Source: an uncultured Verrucomicrobiae bacterium
Lineage (GTDB): Bacteria > Verrucomicrobiota > Verrucomicrobiia > Chthoniobacterales > JAFAMB01
Length of the DNA: 64,000 nt
Direction: 5' to 3'
Assembly: GCA_963762565.1 (NCBI GenBank)
Contig: CAVXLD010000001.1
Coordinates: 320,001-384,000, forward strand
Shown: piece by piece, positions 50,016 to 59,796 of the stretch
How the letters are laid out: every line of letters begins with the position of its first letter
Position numbering within the stretch: position 1 is the stretch's first letter
The notes under the pieces: generated by a model
What the model saw: only the letters and a program-made list of their open reading frames with translations
Databases searched by the model: none
What the model was told of the DNA's origin: nothing
Program-made: the position numbers and the translations under genes

Positions 50016-51035
50016 CTATCGGCGGACCAATAAGTTCCGCCCCAGCAGATTTAGTCCGATCGTGAAAACGCCGCACAGAACAACCGCGATTAAGGCATCG
50101 CGATGGAGGTCTGTCCAAAGTTGGGAACTCGTGGTCCGTGCCTGGCTATCAAATCGCCCATGGGCGCCATGATCGCCAGCCAGCGGTTCGTAAAGGTTGA
50201 AAGGTCGGTCCGGATTCTCTGGTTCTCCCGTTTGTTGACCCTCAAAAGCGGTATTGGCTAAATATCGGTCGAGCAGCCCCGGAAAGAGCCGGTTGCCAAT
50301 GATCGCCTTTATGGTCGGCATTCCGACAAAGATCTCCCGCCGGCGATGGCGGGAAGCGTAAACGACGGCTTTAGCTCCCACCTCTGGCTGATAGATTGGC
50401 GGTACCGGTTGGGCTTTCTTTCGGAGTCGGCTTTTTACCCAATCAAACTGCGGAGTGTTCATTGCCGGCATCTGAACCATAGTGACCCAGACCTGGCTTT
50501 TGTCATGGATCAGCTCGCTTCGCAGCGAGTCCATGAAACCTTGAATGGCGTGTTTGCTGGCACAGTAGGAAGCTTGTAGTGGAATACCGCGATACGCTAA
50601 AGCGCTGCCGACTTGAATGATAATTCCTCGATCACGCGGCAGCATCCGCTTGAGCGCCGCCAGCGTACCATTAACTACACCCAGGTAGGTAACCTCTGTT
50701 ACCCGCTTAAATTCGGCAGCCGTCATTTCTTTGACCGGCGAAAAGACGCTGGTCATCGCGTTATTGACCCAGACATCTATCGGTCCGAGCTCGGATTCGA
50801 CTTTCCCGGCTGCGGCTTCGACGGCATCGGCGTCAGACACGTCGGCGGGCAGTATCAGCGCCTGGCCCCCGAGCATTGCTACTTCGTGTTTGGCGCCCTC
50901 CAGGCCGTCTTTCCCACGCGCGATCAGCCCTATTCGAGCGCGTTCGCTGCCAGCAAAAGCTTTCGCAATTGCCCGGCCCAGGCCGGCGGAAGCCCCTGTG
51001 ATGACGATCACTCTTGGAGCATCATGACTTTTCAT
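50016..51035 (-). CDS. SDR oxidoreductase with C-terminal TM
   Basis: TGASAGLG, NNA, YCASK, PAMNTPQF. Confidence 0.93.
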   Translation of the reverse strand: MKSHDAPRVIVITGASAGLGRAIAKAFAGSERARIGLIARGKDGLEGAKHEVAMLGGQALILPADVSDADAVEAAAGKVESELGPIDVWVNNAMTSVFSPVKEMTAAEFKRVTEVTYLGVVNGTLAALKRMLPRDRGIIIQVGSALAYRGIPLQASYCASKHAIQGFMDSLRSELIHDKSQVWVTMVQMPAMNTPQFDWVKSRLRKKAQPVPPIYQPEVGAKAVVYASRHRRREIFVGMPTIKAIIGNRLFPGLLDRYLANTAFEGQQTGEPENPDRPFNLYEPLAGDHGAHGRFDSQARTTSSQLWTDLHRDALIAVVLCGVFTIGLNLLGRNLLVRR

Positions 51036-52887
51036 GAGTACCTTTCGTACGATTCTTGAGACCATTTCTCGCTTCAGCAACCGCCCGGATGGCGCGGGCG
51101 TATTCAACCTGTGCAAACAAGAGTGGCGTGTTACCGAGGAAAATTTGTTCGCCGGGATCCGCCTCTTCAGCAAACACCCCCACTTCGTCGGCAATCGATT
51201 CACACTTTATTAAAATTGCTTCCGCCTCCTCGACGCGACCACACTTGGCAAGTACGTGCGCGTACCAGAACGTCGCAGGTAAGAAAGCACCCTCGTAGTC
51301 GCCGACCGGCAGCTGGTCTCCACCGAGCGTCGCGTCCGGCTGGAAACGGTAAACAAATCCGTTAACCATCAGCTTTCGTTCGATTGCCTGTAGCATGCCG
51401 GCGACCTTCGGATGTTCAGCTGGCAAGAAGTCCATCAGTGGAATCAATAGAACCGCTGCGTCCAATGCCTCAGAATCATAACGCTGCACAAACGAGTTTG
51501 CCTTGCTGCTCCACCCTCTTTTCATGACCTCAACGTGGATTGCCCTGGCGGCATCGCTCCAGCGTGCGAGGTCTTCATCGACCCCGAGACCTGTCAGCTT
51601 TGCGATATGCAGCGCTCGTTCGAGGACTACCCAGCTCAAGACTTTGCTAGCAACATAATCGGCCTGTATCGATAGTTCCCAGATCCCATTCTCGGGCAGG
51701 TGCCAGTTGGCCGAGGTGTAGTTAGCGACTCGCCTGAGTAAGCGCCAATGTTTATCTTCCCAAGTGCCGCCAGTTTCAACGTAGATACGCGCGCAGTCAG
51801 CAAAGAAAGCTAGAGAACCAAGCTGACTCTGTTTGGCAGCTCGATTCCCATACCGTACGGGTCGGCTGTCCGCGTAGCCGCGTACTGCGGAAAGCTCGAT
51901 CTCGTCGAGTCGAACCTCACCATCTATACGATAGCAAACCTGCAAAGGTGCATCCGTCGAAGAATCGAGTTCGCAGAGCCAGTCGAGATAGTGCTGCACT
52001 TCGTCGGTCTTTCCGAGCCTGGCCAGCAAGGCCAGCGAAAGAGAAGCGTCCCGGACCCAAGCAAACCGATAGTCGTAATTGCGATCGCCTCCGCGCCGCT
52101 CGGGAAGTGATGTGGTCAACGCTGCCACCGAACAGTCGTACTCGGCATGGGTAAGAAGATGAACGGTCATGGCCGAGCGATGAAGACGGGAGCCAAGTGT
52201 ACCGGCCGCATCAATGCATAAAGTCGCGTTCCAGTTCCGCCAGTATCCGAGCGCTTCTTCAAAAGCCGTCGCCACTCGTTCCAGAGTCCACGCTTCGAGG
52301 CTCAAATTCCAGGCAATCACTGCCCATAAGTCATCCTTCCAATCTTCGAGCTCTGCCCGCGCCGCCTCATCTCCAACGACTAATGGAAACGAGGTCCAAA
52401 CTGCCAGAGTGCCTTTGCGAAAGCGGAACACGACACCACCCAGCGCCGGCCTAGTCTCTTTGGACTGGCCCGTGAATCCCCATCGAGGACAGATTTCAAA
52501 ATGGATCATTTCGGCTCCAGCGCGAAGCCGACGGATAATCACCCGCGAATCACGGAGCGACCGTTCCCGATGATTGGACGGCCAAGTCATTACGTCGGTT
52601 AGCTCCGAAAAGCTATCTCCACTATCTTCGGCCCATGTGGTCGCGACTGCCGCAGTTTCCGGGAGGTAACGCTGTTGGCCCAGGCGAGCCGGCACCGGGC
52701 CGAAACGGCAAAATCCGCCCATCACCGGGTCGAGCAAAGCTCCAAAAATCGGCGTGCCGTCAAAGTTCGGCACACATAACCAATTGAGTGTACCATCCGC
52801 TGCGACTAAAGCACCCGTGCGCCGGTCCCCGATGACGCCATGGCGATTGATCGGAGGAAACGCTAGCGGTTGCTCGACTGTGTTCAT
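51022..52887 (-). CDS. Glycoside hydrolase family 15 (trehalase/glucoamylase-like)
   Basis: IGDRRTGALV, TTSLPE..GGDRNYDYRFAWVRD, GIWE, AEE, LGNTP. Confidence 0.93.
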   Translation of the reverse strand: MNTVEQPLAFPPINRHGVIGDRRTGALVAADGTLNWLCVPNFDGTPIFGALLDPVMGGFCRFGPVPARLGQQRYLPETAAVATTWAEDSGDSFSELTDVMTWPSNHRERSLRDSRVIIRRLRAGAEMIHFEICPRWGFTGQSKETRPALGGVVFRFRKGTLAVWTSFPLVVGDEAARAELEDWKDDLWAVIAWNLSLEAWTLERVATAFEEALGYWRNWNATLCIDAAGTLGSRLHRSAMTVHLLTHAEYDCSVAALTTSLPERRGGDRNYDYRFAWVRDASLSLALLARLGKTDEVQHYLDWLCELDSSTDAPLQVCYRIDGEVRLDEIELSAVRGYADSRPVRYGNRAAKQSQLGSLAFFADCARIYVETGGTWEDKHWRLLRRVANYTSANWHLPENGIWELSIQADYVASKVLSWVVLERALHIAKLTGLGVDEDLARWSDAARAIHVEVMKRGWSSKANSFVQRYDSEALDAAVLLIPLMDFLPAEHPKVAGMLQAIERKLMVNGFVYRFQPDATLGGDQLPVGDYEGAFLPATFWYAHVLAKCGRVEEAEAILIKCESIADEVGVFAEEADPGEQIFLGNTPLLFAQVEYARAIRAVAEARNGLKNRTKGTHEKS

Positions 52888-54647
52888 TCCCGCATGAGGC
52901 TCCGCCCGATTGCTCCAGGGCGCGGAACCCCACGTCCATGCGTTCCGGGCGGTGAGAGATAACGCCGAATCGGGGGCGCTGACAAGTCTCGACGATCTGA
53001 GTTAAAAATCTGTTCTGCCTGTGAAATTAGATAGTCAGCGGTCCTGGCCGCCAGCGCTTGAATCGTCAGTCCCGGATTGGCAGAGCCCTGAGTCGGCAAA
53101 ACGCTTCCATCGCAGATGAACAAATTGGAAATATCATGGGTGCGTCCGAAGCAGTCCACAACAGAGGCGGCCGGATCCCGACCCATCCGCGCACCCCCCA
53201 CCAAGTGCGCATACCTAGGCTCCTGAACGACCTCTTCAGCTCCCGCCGCCGACATGACTTCGACGACCTTGTTTTTGCCAAACTCGATCAATTTCTTGTC
53301 GTTCTCGTGGAGGTTGAAACTGACTCGAGCGACGGGTAATCCAAATTGGTCCTTTTCATCCGCGATGGTCACTCGATTGTCAGCCCACGGTAGAATCTCG
53401 CCTAACAGACCGAAGGCGGCCCAATGGTTATAATCCATCATGACCCGCCGCATCCCCCAGCCCCACACCTGCTTTGCTCCCATCATGTGTTTTGCAAACG
53501 AGATGGGAAGCGGTGAGACGCTCTGAATCGCAAAACCACGCGCGAAATCCCGACGACGATCGGTTTCATAAAATTCTTCCGTCATGGCGTGGGCCGGCGG
53601 AGCTTTGTACATGCGGATAGGTTCGCTAAAGCGGCCCAGAATCACATTTCCGGCCTGAGCCATCAGAAAAAGGCCCAGCGTGCCACTGGAGTTCGCGAGT
53701 CCAGTCTCAAATCCCGAACAAGCCGAGTTCAGCAAAAGGCGGGGCGTCTCGACGGCGTACCCTGCTACAATAACAACCTTTGCTCTCTGAAAATGTTCAC
53801 GGCCTTCTCTATCGTAATAAAGAACGCCTTGAACACGGCGATCTTTGCCAAGCTCGATACGGCCGACCATCGATCGATCCCGAATTTCGGCGCCGCTTTT
53901 TAGCGCATCGGGAACATGCGTTATCAGTGTGCTTGCTTTGGCCCCGACCTTACATCCTTGCAGGCAGTACCCGCGATAAATGCAATGTGGTCGTTCCCCC
54001 CGTGAACCACTGAGAATCGCTACGGGACCACCGATGCTGACTCCGATCCCTAACTTCGTGCACCCGCGGATTAACGCGTTTCCAACCCCGCCCATCGGAT
54101 GTGGCCCAAACGGGTATCCGTGCGGATCCCCCCATGGATACCAGGCTGGACCAGCGACCGGCATTTCCAGCTCGAGCAGCTCGTAGTACGGTTTTAGATC
54201 GCGATAGGTGATCGGCCAATCCGCTCCAACGCCGTCCTCCGAATAAACTCGAAAATCGGAGGGATGAAACCGCGGGGCGAAGCCCGCCCAGTGCACCGAA
54301 CCACCTCCCACGCCTTTACCGCTATTGTTAGCCCCCAACGACAATGGATTGGCGCCGTCAATAATTCTCAAATCCTCCCAATAGAGCTTGCGCGATCCCG
54401 CCTCGTCGCTCACCCAGTCTCGCTCCGTGTCCCAAAATGGACCCGCTTCAATACCAACTACTTTAAATCCCGCTCGCGCTAGTCTCTGAATCAAGACGCC
54501 TCCGGCGGCGCCTACTCCAATGACCAAAAAATCGACGGTTTCTCCCTCGGAATAGTGACACATGGTTCGATTGATCCGTTGCATCGAACCGAGACGGTGC
54601 CGTCCACCGGTTAGTCTCTTGAAAATTCCGCCAAACGGTCTTCTCAT
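52884..54647 (-). CDS. GMC-family flavoprotein dehydrogenase, large subunit
   Basis: GVGAAG FAD motif, VGGGSVHW, CIYRGYCLQGC, HLVGGARMG, NPGLTI. Confidence 0.93.
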   Translation of the reverse strand: MRRPFGGIFKRLTGGRHRLGSMQRINRTMCHYSEGETVDFLVIGVGAAGGVLIQRLARAGFKVVGIEAGPFWDTERDWVSDEAGSRKLYWEDLRIIDGANPLSLGANNSGKGVGGGSVHWAGFAPRFHPSDFRVYSEDGVGADWPITYRDLKPYYELLELEMPVAGPAWYPWGDPHGYPFGPHPMGGVGNALIRGCTKLGIGVSIGGPVAILSGSRGERPHCIYRGYCLQGCKVGAKASTLITHVPDALKSGAEIRDRSMVGRIELGKDRRVQGVLYYDREGREHFQRAKVVIVAGYAVETPRLLLNSACSGFETGLANSSGTLGLFLMAQAGNVILGRFSEPIRMYKAPPAHAMTEEFYETDRRRDFARGFAIQSVSPLPISFAKHMMGAKQVWGWGMRRVMMDYNHWAAFGLLGEILPWADNRVTIADEKDQFGLPVARVSFNLHENDKKLIEFGKNKVVEVMSAAGAEEVVQEPRYAHLVGGARMGRDPAASVVDCFGRTHDISNLFICDGSVLPTQGSANPGLTIQALAARTADYLISQAEQIFNSDRRDLSAPPIRRYLSPPGTHGRGVPRPGAIGRSLMRE

Positions 54648-54681
54648 GGCGATTCTATTCTCATGAAGGAGGATACTGGGA

Positions 54682-55413
54682 TCATTTGCTTATGCCCTTT
54701 CGATCCGGATCGGACAATGCTTCGGAGGGAGCATCCCATTCGTAGCGCTGCTCCTCGACTTCCCAGTATTCCGGTTCCCCTCGCTCAAGGCGCATATAGG
54801 CACGCGGGTAGGCTGGACCGCCGAACCCAATCTCATCCCAGCTCCACGGATGAGCGTAGTAGACTTCCACACAGTCCTGAACTAACAGCGCCCAATATCG
54901 ATCGGCCGGCAAACGTTTCCAGACATCCTGAGCTGGCGTTGGTTTGCCATCATGAATTGACTTCAAGATTTCCTCTTGCTCACGCCAGCTGATCTCCAGA
55001 AACTTGTGACCGGATAACTTTTTCGCCATGGAATTGATCGCGCGCAGACCTAACTGATAAGCTTCTCCGTCCGGCGGCATGCTGGCAAAGCGAAACCCCG
55101 GGATTCGTTTTTCATAAAGACGCTGATCGATAAACGGCACGATCGGGATGCGGTGAGACACATCACGGTCGTCCTGGGGCAAAACATGGTCACAAATGCA
55201 TTCAAGGAGACCCGCCTCTTCGCTGGAGAAAAATCGAATGGCGGGTGGCGGCTCTAGCCTGCCCAGGACAATTTCTCGGGTGGCGGCATCCCAAAACCCT
55301 TGCTGACTTAGCGTGCTGTATCCCGGATAATAGCCCGGCTGAGTTCGCGGCGAAATCGGTTCTCCGGTCTGCGGATCTCTTAGAAGGCGGTCGCTGTTCC
55401 CGATTGTTCTCAC
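54682..55413 (-). CDS. Gluconate 2-dehydrogenase subunit 3-family protein
   Basis: ICDHVLPQ, YYAHP.SW.EIGFGGP; adjacent to the GMC gene. Confidence 0.85.
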   Translation of the reverse strand: MRTIGNSDRLLRDPQTGEPISPRTQPGYYPGYSTLSQQGFWDAATREIVLGRLEPPPAIRFFSSEEAGLLECICDHVLPQDDRDVSHRIPIVPFIDQRLYEKRIPGFRFASMPPDGEAYQLGLRAINSMAKKLSGHKFLEISWREQEEILKSIHDGKPTPAQDVWKRLPADRYWALLVQDCVEVYYAHPWSWDEIGFGGPAYPRAYMRLERGEPEYWEVEEQRYEWDAPSEALSDPDRKGISK

Positions 55414-56414
55414 GTTGTCTCTCTCCGCATCAAGCTAGCAAGAAGTCCGACCACGCCACAGGCGGCAAACAGAAGCGGCGCAAACAGTGGTGGTCCATAG
55501 ATGATGTTATACAAAAGAGTTTTCCGGCCGCCCGGCCGGCGAAACACGCCGCGAGCGTGATAAAAAAAACCGACCGCGCCGTCCGCGATTGCGCAAACCG
55601 ACATCAGCGGCAACCACGTTCGCGCTGTTTTGGGATCACCTATCGCTCCGGCAGCGGCTCCCATCAGTAGCGGCGCGACAATCACCGGCGTCCATTGCGC
55701 TTTGTAACGAAAGTTATTCTTGTAATGCGAGTAGAGCGCTTCGAAACCGCTGAAAAATGTCCCTAACAGGGTGACAGTCGCTAAATGCTTTTGAAAACGA
55801 CCTTCGCGTAAGCCTGGCGTTCCCAAAATGGCGCGGCTAACTTCGGCATACGGCGACAGGCGTCTGAAAAGGCCTGCCTTCGACGACATCTCTTCCGGCC
55901 GCAGAAACGAGGCGATGAATCCGAGATAAGCGCTCACGCCGAAAAGGAGCGGAGCAAAGACCGGAGGCCCCATCACAATGTTAGCGACTGGCAACCGCCA
56001 CCCGCCCGGCTTCCGTTGAATCCCTCGCACATGGAACAAAAAGCCGATCAGGCTGTCCAAAAGGGTCAAGCCGGACACGAAACGGAGTACCGTCCGCGCA
56101 GCCCATCGATTCAAGAAGCCCCACACCCCGGCACCGGCCAGCGCGAAACTCAATATCACGGGCGTATACATAATACGCTGGCCATAGCTCCCTTTGTAAT
56201 GCTCGTAGGCCACTTCGACTCCAGCCAGAACGCTCGAAAGCCCTGACATCAGAGAGAGCGAGCGCTGAAAGCGACCTTCCCGAATGTGAGCGTCGATCCC
56301 GGTTAAATCACGCGCAAGGGTTGATGGTGATCGTTGCTTTGATTGTCTATCCCAGAAAGGGATCTGGCTATGCGATCCTGTGGGCTTCGCGGAAGTCAAT
56401 ATTCTAAGTCCCAT
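55410..56414 (-). CDS. Uncharacterised membrane protein with two homologous 4-TM halves
   Basis: Repeat EGRFQ..HY..TPVI..G..[FY]H.RG...PGG...N...GPP.FAPLLF occurs twice. Confidence 0.85.
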   Translation of the reverse strand: MGLRILTSAKPTGSHSQIPFWDRQSKQRSPSTLARDLTGIDAHIREGRFQRSLSLMSGLSSVLAGVEVAYEHYKGSYGQRIMYTPVILSFALAGAGVWGFLNRWAARTVLRFVSGLTLLDSLIGFLFHVRGIQRKPGGWRLPVANIVMGPPVFAPLLFGVSAYLGFIASFLRPEEMSSKAGLFRRLSPYAEVSRAILGTPGLREGRFQKHLATVTLLGTFFSGFEALYSHYKNNFRYKAQWTPVIVAPLLMGAAAGAIGDPKTARTWLPLMSVCAIADGAVGFFYHARGVFRRPGGRKTLLYNIIYGPPLFAPLLFAACGVVGLLASLMRRETT

Positions 56415-56446
56415 TCACTGGCTCCATGTGTGCGTCTCCCCAGCTT

Positions 56447-57541
56447 TTAAAAATGCTGCCGGTATCGTTCTGCGTCAGCTCGACGAAACGTAACTCCTAG
56501 TCCTGGTCTTGAAAGATCAGGCTTCAACGAACCGTTGGCCGGTTCGGGAAACCCTTCGAAAAACATTCGCTCGATCCGAACGTGGTCATGAAAATATTCG
56601 GCGTGCCGAAAAGGCAGAACGGCGCATCCAGGGTGCAAATGTAGTAGGGGCGCACAATGTGAAGATAAGGGAATGCACCACGATTCACAAAGCGCTGCTA
56701 CTTTCAGAAAGCCACTGATTCCGCAACAACGGGTTGCATCTGCCATGACGACGTCGACGGCGCCTGATGCGATCATTTCCCGGAAATAGGGAAGGTCAAA
56801 GCCATATTCACCATCCGCGATGTCCATATGAGCTGGACTTCGCTGTCTTAGAAAGCGCATCCCGCTTCGATCCTCCGGTGCGAGAGGCTGTTCCATCCAA
56901 CGTACGTCGAATTCCTCAGCGAAACGCTGAATATAGTACAACGCAGTTTTTCGATCGTAGGCGCTGTTCGCATCGACGAATAGCTCCGCTCGATTACCGA
57001 TTGTCCGCCGAGCTAGAGCGACCCGCTTTAAATCCATGCCGGGCTCGCGTCCCACTTTCATCTTTACTCTTGGAATCCCTTGCTCTACCCAATCGCCGAA
57101 CTGCTGCTCTAACTGTTTTTCACTGTAGGAGGTAAAACCTCCGCTCCCATAGATTGGCGCTTCCGCACGCACCCCTCCTAACAGACTGACCAACGGCAGC
57201 TCTAATAGCTTCGCCTTTAAGTCCCATAACGCATTGTCGAGCGCCGAGATCCCCATGGCGGCCATTCCCGTTTGACCAAGGTTTCGCACCTGACGGATCA
57301 TTTCCGTCCATAGAGATACGATATTCATTGGGTCGGCCTCCTCCACTAACGGTACGAGAATGTTTCGCACAAAGGCGGCGGTGCTGACGTCCGCATAGGT
57401 ATAGCCCAGGCCGGTGATCCCTCCGGCAGCCCGGGCCTCCACCAAAACCATCGTCGTCTTGTCCCACGTCAGCGTCCCGTCTGATTCCGGAGCATCGGTT
57501 GGGACCGTGTACGCGGAAACGAAGACCTCCTCAATTTTCAT
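56447..57541 (-). CDS. Mandelate racemase / enolase superfamily enzyme
   Basis: ALWDLKAK, KMK, VDAN, EQP, GEY, HC. Confidence 0.92.
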   Translation of the reverse strand: MKIEEVFVSAYTVPTDAPESDGTLTWDKTTMVLVEARAAGGITGLGYTYADVSTAAFVRNILVPLVEEADPMNIVSLWTEMIRQVRNLGQTGMAAMGISALDNALWDLKAKLLELPLVSLLGGVRAEAPIYGSGGFTSYSEKQLEQQFGDWVEQGIPRVKMKVGREPGMDLKRVALARRTIGNRAELFVDANSAYDRKTALYYIQRFAEEFDVRWMEQPLAPEDRSGMRFLRQRSPAHMDIADGEYGFDLPYFREMIASGAVDVVMADATRCCGISGFLKVAALCESWCIPLSSHCAPLLHLHPGCAVLPFRHAEYFHDHVRIERMFFEGFPEPANGSLKPDLSRPGLGVTFRRADAERYRQHF

Positions 57542-57582
57542 TTTATCTTCAACACGCCGTCTTTAATTAAGGAGTCGATAGC

Positions 57583-59373
57583 TTAAGGTTTCTGCGGAAG
57601 AAGGGTTGCAACCGCGTCTTTAATCGTTTGCTTGATAATTCCTCCCTCTTCAGGATCGCCTTTCAGTAGTGCAGAGGAATAGGCAGCAGCCTGCTTGAGG
57701 GTGATGTGGGGTGGGAGCGGCGGTACGTTTGGATCTGTGTACGCCTCAAGGACAACGGGCCGATCAGCTGAGAGCGCCTCTTCCCAGGCCGGAGCTATCT
57801 CGTTGGGCTTGTCAACGCGAATCCCACGCAGCCCGAGTAACTCAGCGTAGCGGGCAAAGGGAAAGTCTGGAATATCCTGCGAGGCTTCGTACTTCGGATC
57901 GCCCTCCATTACTCTCTGTTCCCAGGTCACCTGGTTAAGATCGCGGTTGTTCAAAACCAGAACGACTAAACGGGGATCACTCCATTCTTTCCAGTACTTG
58001 CTGATCGTGATCAACTCGTTATTGCCAAGCATCTGCATCGCTCCATCGCCAACCAACGCAATTGCCACGCGGTTGGGAAAAGCGAACTTCGCAGCAATCG
58101 CGTAGGGCACCCCGGGACACATCGTAGCGAGATTCCCAGAAAGGGATGCGAGCATCCCACGTCGAATTTTCAGATCGCGGGCAAACCAATTGGCCGCGGA
58201 CCCTGAATCACTAGTAATGATGCAGTTGTCAGGCAGACGAGGCGATAGTTCCCAAAATACCCGTTGCGGATTGATCGGGTCGGCCTCTTGCATCGCCCGG
58301 GCTTCCAGCACCTTCCACCATTCGACGATTTCTTTTTCGAGGCTCTTTCGCCAGGACCTGTCTTTCTTGCGCACAAGCAAAGGAATTAAAGCGCGCAATG
58401 TCTCGGCACTGTCCCCCATTAAATTAACCTCCATTGGATACCGGATACTGAGCATCCGCCCATCAAGGTCAATTTGTACTCCCCGGGCTTGACCCTCCTT
58501 TGGCAAAAACTCCGAGTAAGGAAAGCTCGAGCCGACCATTAGCAGCGTGTCGCAATGAGTCATCATTTCCCAGCTGGGTTTTGTGCCAAGTAATCCGATA
58601 GCGCCCGTCACAAAGGGCAGATCGTCTGGCAACACGGCTTTCCCAAGCAGTGCTTTCGCAACTCCTGCGCCCAGCAAATCGGCGACCTCTACGACCTCAT
58701 TGACCGCCCCTAAAGCTCCGGCGCCGATCAGCATCGCCACCCTTTCTCCGGAGTTAAGAACCTCCGCAGCGCGCTTCAGATCGCGATCGGTCGGCACGGT
58801 TCGCGGTGTGGTGAATCCAACCCCGGAATGGACGGTGCCATGTGCGCGAGGAGGCATTTCAACGGCATCGAGCTCCTGCACGTCATTGGGAATGATGATG
58901 CAGGTGACCGTTCGCTCAACCTTGGCGATCCTCACTGCCCGGTCGACCAGATGTCGGATCTGGGCTGGATGCGATGCCATTTGGATGTATTCCCGCGCAA
59001 CATCTTTAAAAAGGGAAACCAGATCGATCTCCTGTTGATAGTTACCACCTAAGGCCGCGCGAGACTGCTGACCAACGATCGCAACCACAGATTGATGATC
59101 GAGTTGCGCATCATAGAGACCATTGAGCAGGTGCACTGCGCCCGGGCCCGACGTTGCTAGGCACACTCCCACTTCGCCGGTAAATTTGGCATGCGCACAC
59201 GCCATGAAAGCCGCCATCTCCTCATGGCGGACCTGGACGAAGTCGATCAGATCGCCCGCACGATCAAACGCGCCGACGATCCCATTGATCCCGTCTCCCG
59301 GAAATCCGTAGATCCGTTTTATTCCCCACTCCGAGAGTCGTTTCAGTAAAAAATCGCTGACTTTATCCTTCAT
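57583..59373 (-). CDS. ThDP-dependent enzyme, pyruvate oxidase (PoxB)-like
   Basis: PGDG, RHEE, TSGPGAVHLLNGLYDA, GDGAM..NN ThDP motif. Confidence 0.93.
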   Translation of the reverse strand: MKDKVSDFLLKRLSEWGIKRIYGFPGDGINGIVGAFDRAGDLIDFVQVRHEEMAAFMACAHAKFTGEVGVCLATSGPGAVHLLNGLYDAQLDHQSVVAIVGQQSRAALGGNYQQEIDLVSLFKDVAREYIQMASHPAQIRHLVDRAVRIAKVERTVTCIIIPNDVQELDAVEMPPRAHGTVHSGVGFTTPRTVPTDRDLKRAAEVLNSGERVAMLIGAGALGAVNEVVEVADLLGAGVAKALLGKAVLPDDLPFVTGAIGLLGTKPSWEMMTHCDTLLMVGSSFPYSEFLPKEGQARGVQIDLDGRMLSIRYPMEVNLMGDSAETLRALIPLLVRKKDRSWRKSLEKEIVEWWKVLEARAMQEADPINPQRVFWELSPRLPDNCIITSDSGSAANWFARDLKIRRGMLASLSGNLATMCPGVPYAIAAKFAFPNRVAIALVGDGAMQMLGNNELITISKYWKEWSDPRLVVLVLNNRDLNQVTWEQRVMEGDPKYEASQDIPDFPFARYAELLGLRGIRVDKPNEIAPAWEEALSADRPVVLEAYTDPNVPPLPPHITLKQAAAYSSALLKGDPEEGGIIKQTIKDAVATLLPQKP

Positions 59374-59400
59374 TTTTGGCTGCGGGTATTGTTGTTTTCT

Positions 59401-59796
59401 TTATTGAGAGGCCACCGGGTTGCCGCTCGGGTAAGCAATGGTGGTCATCAAAGCGTTTTCGCTTTGCCTCGAATCCAAGCGGGTGTGCTGGACAACGACC
59501 GGCTGGTCCGACTCAAGCAAACTTGCATAGGAGGTCCCCACTGGAATTGCTTCCGGGTCCCTAAGATCGTTAAAACGAAAGTGCCGGGTTCGTCTGGCGG
59601 GCACCGTCAATCGATAAGGCCCTACCGGCTCACGATCGGCGTAAAAGATGGTGAGATCGATGTGCGCGTCATCATTCCCAGCGTTGAGAACGCAAAAAGC
59701 CTCATGACTGGTAAATTCGGGGCTCTTTCCGTGGCTGCGAGGAGGAATATAGCCTTCGGGAATCACCCAACGTCTCTGGCCGATCGCGTTCTCCAT
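59401..59796 (-). CDS. Sensory rhodopsin transducer (ASRT) family protein
   Basis: W.IPEGYIP, SHE..CVLN, DREPVGPY, ARRTRH.RFNDL, VVQHTRLDSRQ. Confidence 0.9.
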   Translation of the reverse strand: MENAIGQRRWVIPEGYIPPRSHGKSPEFTSHEAFCVLNAGNDDAHIDLTIFYADREPVGPYRLTVPARRTRHFRFNDLRDPEAIPVGTSYASLLESDQPVVVQHTRLDSRQSENALMTTIAYPSGNPVASQ

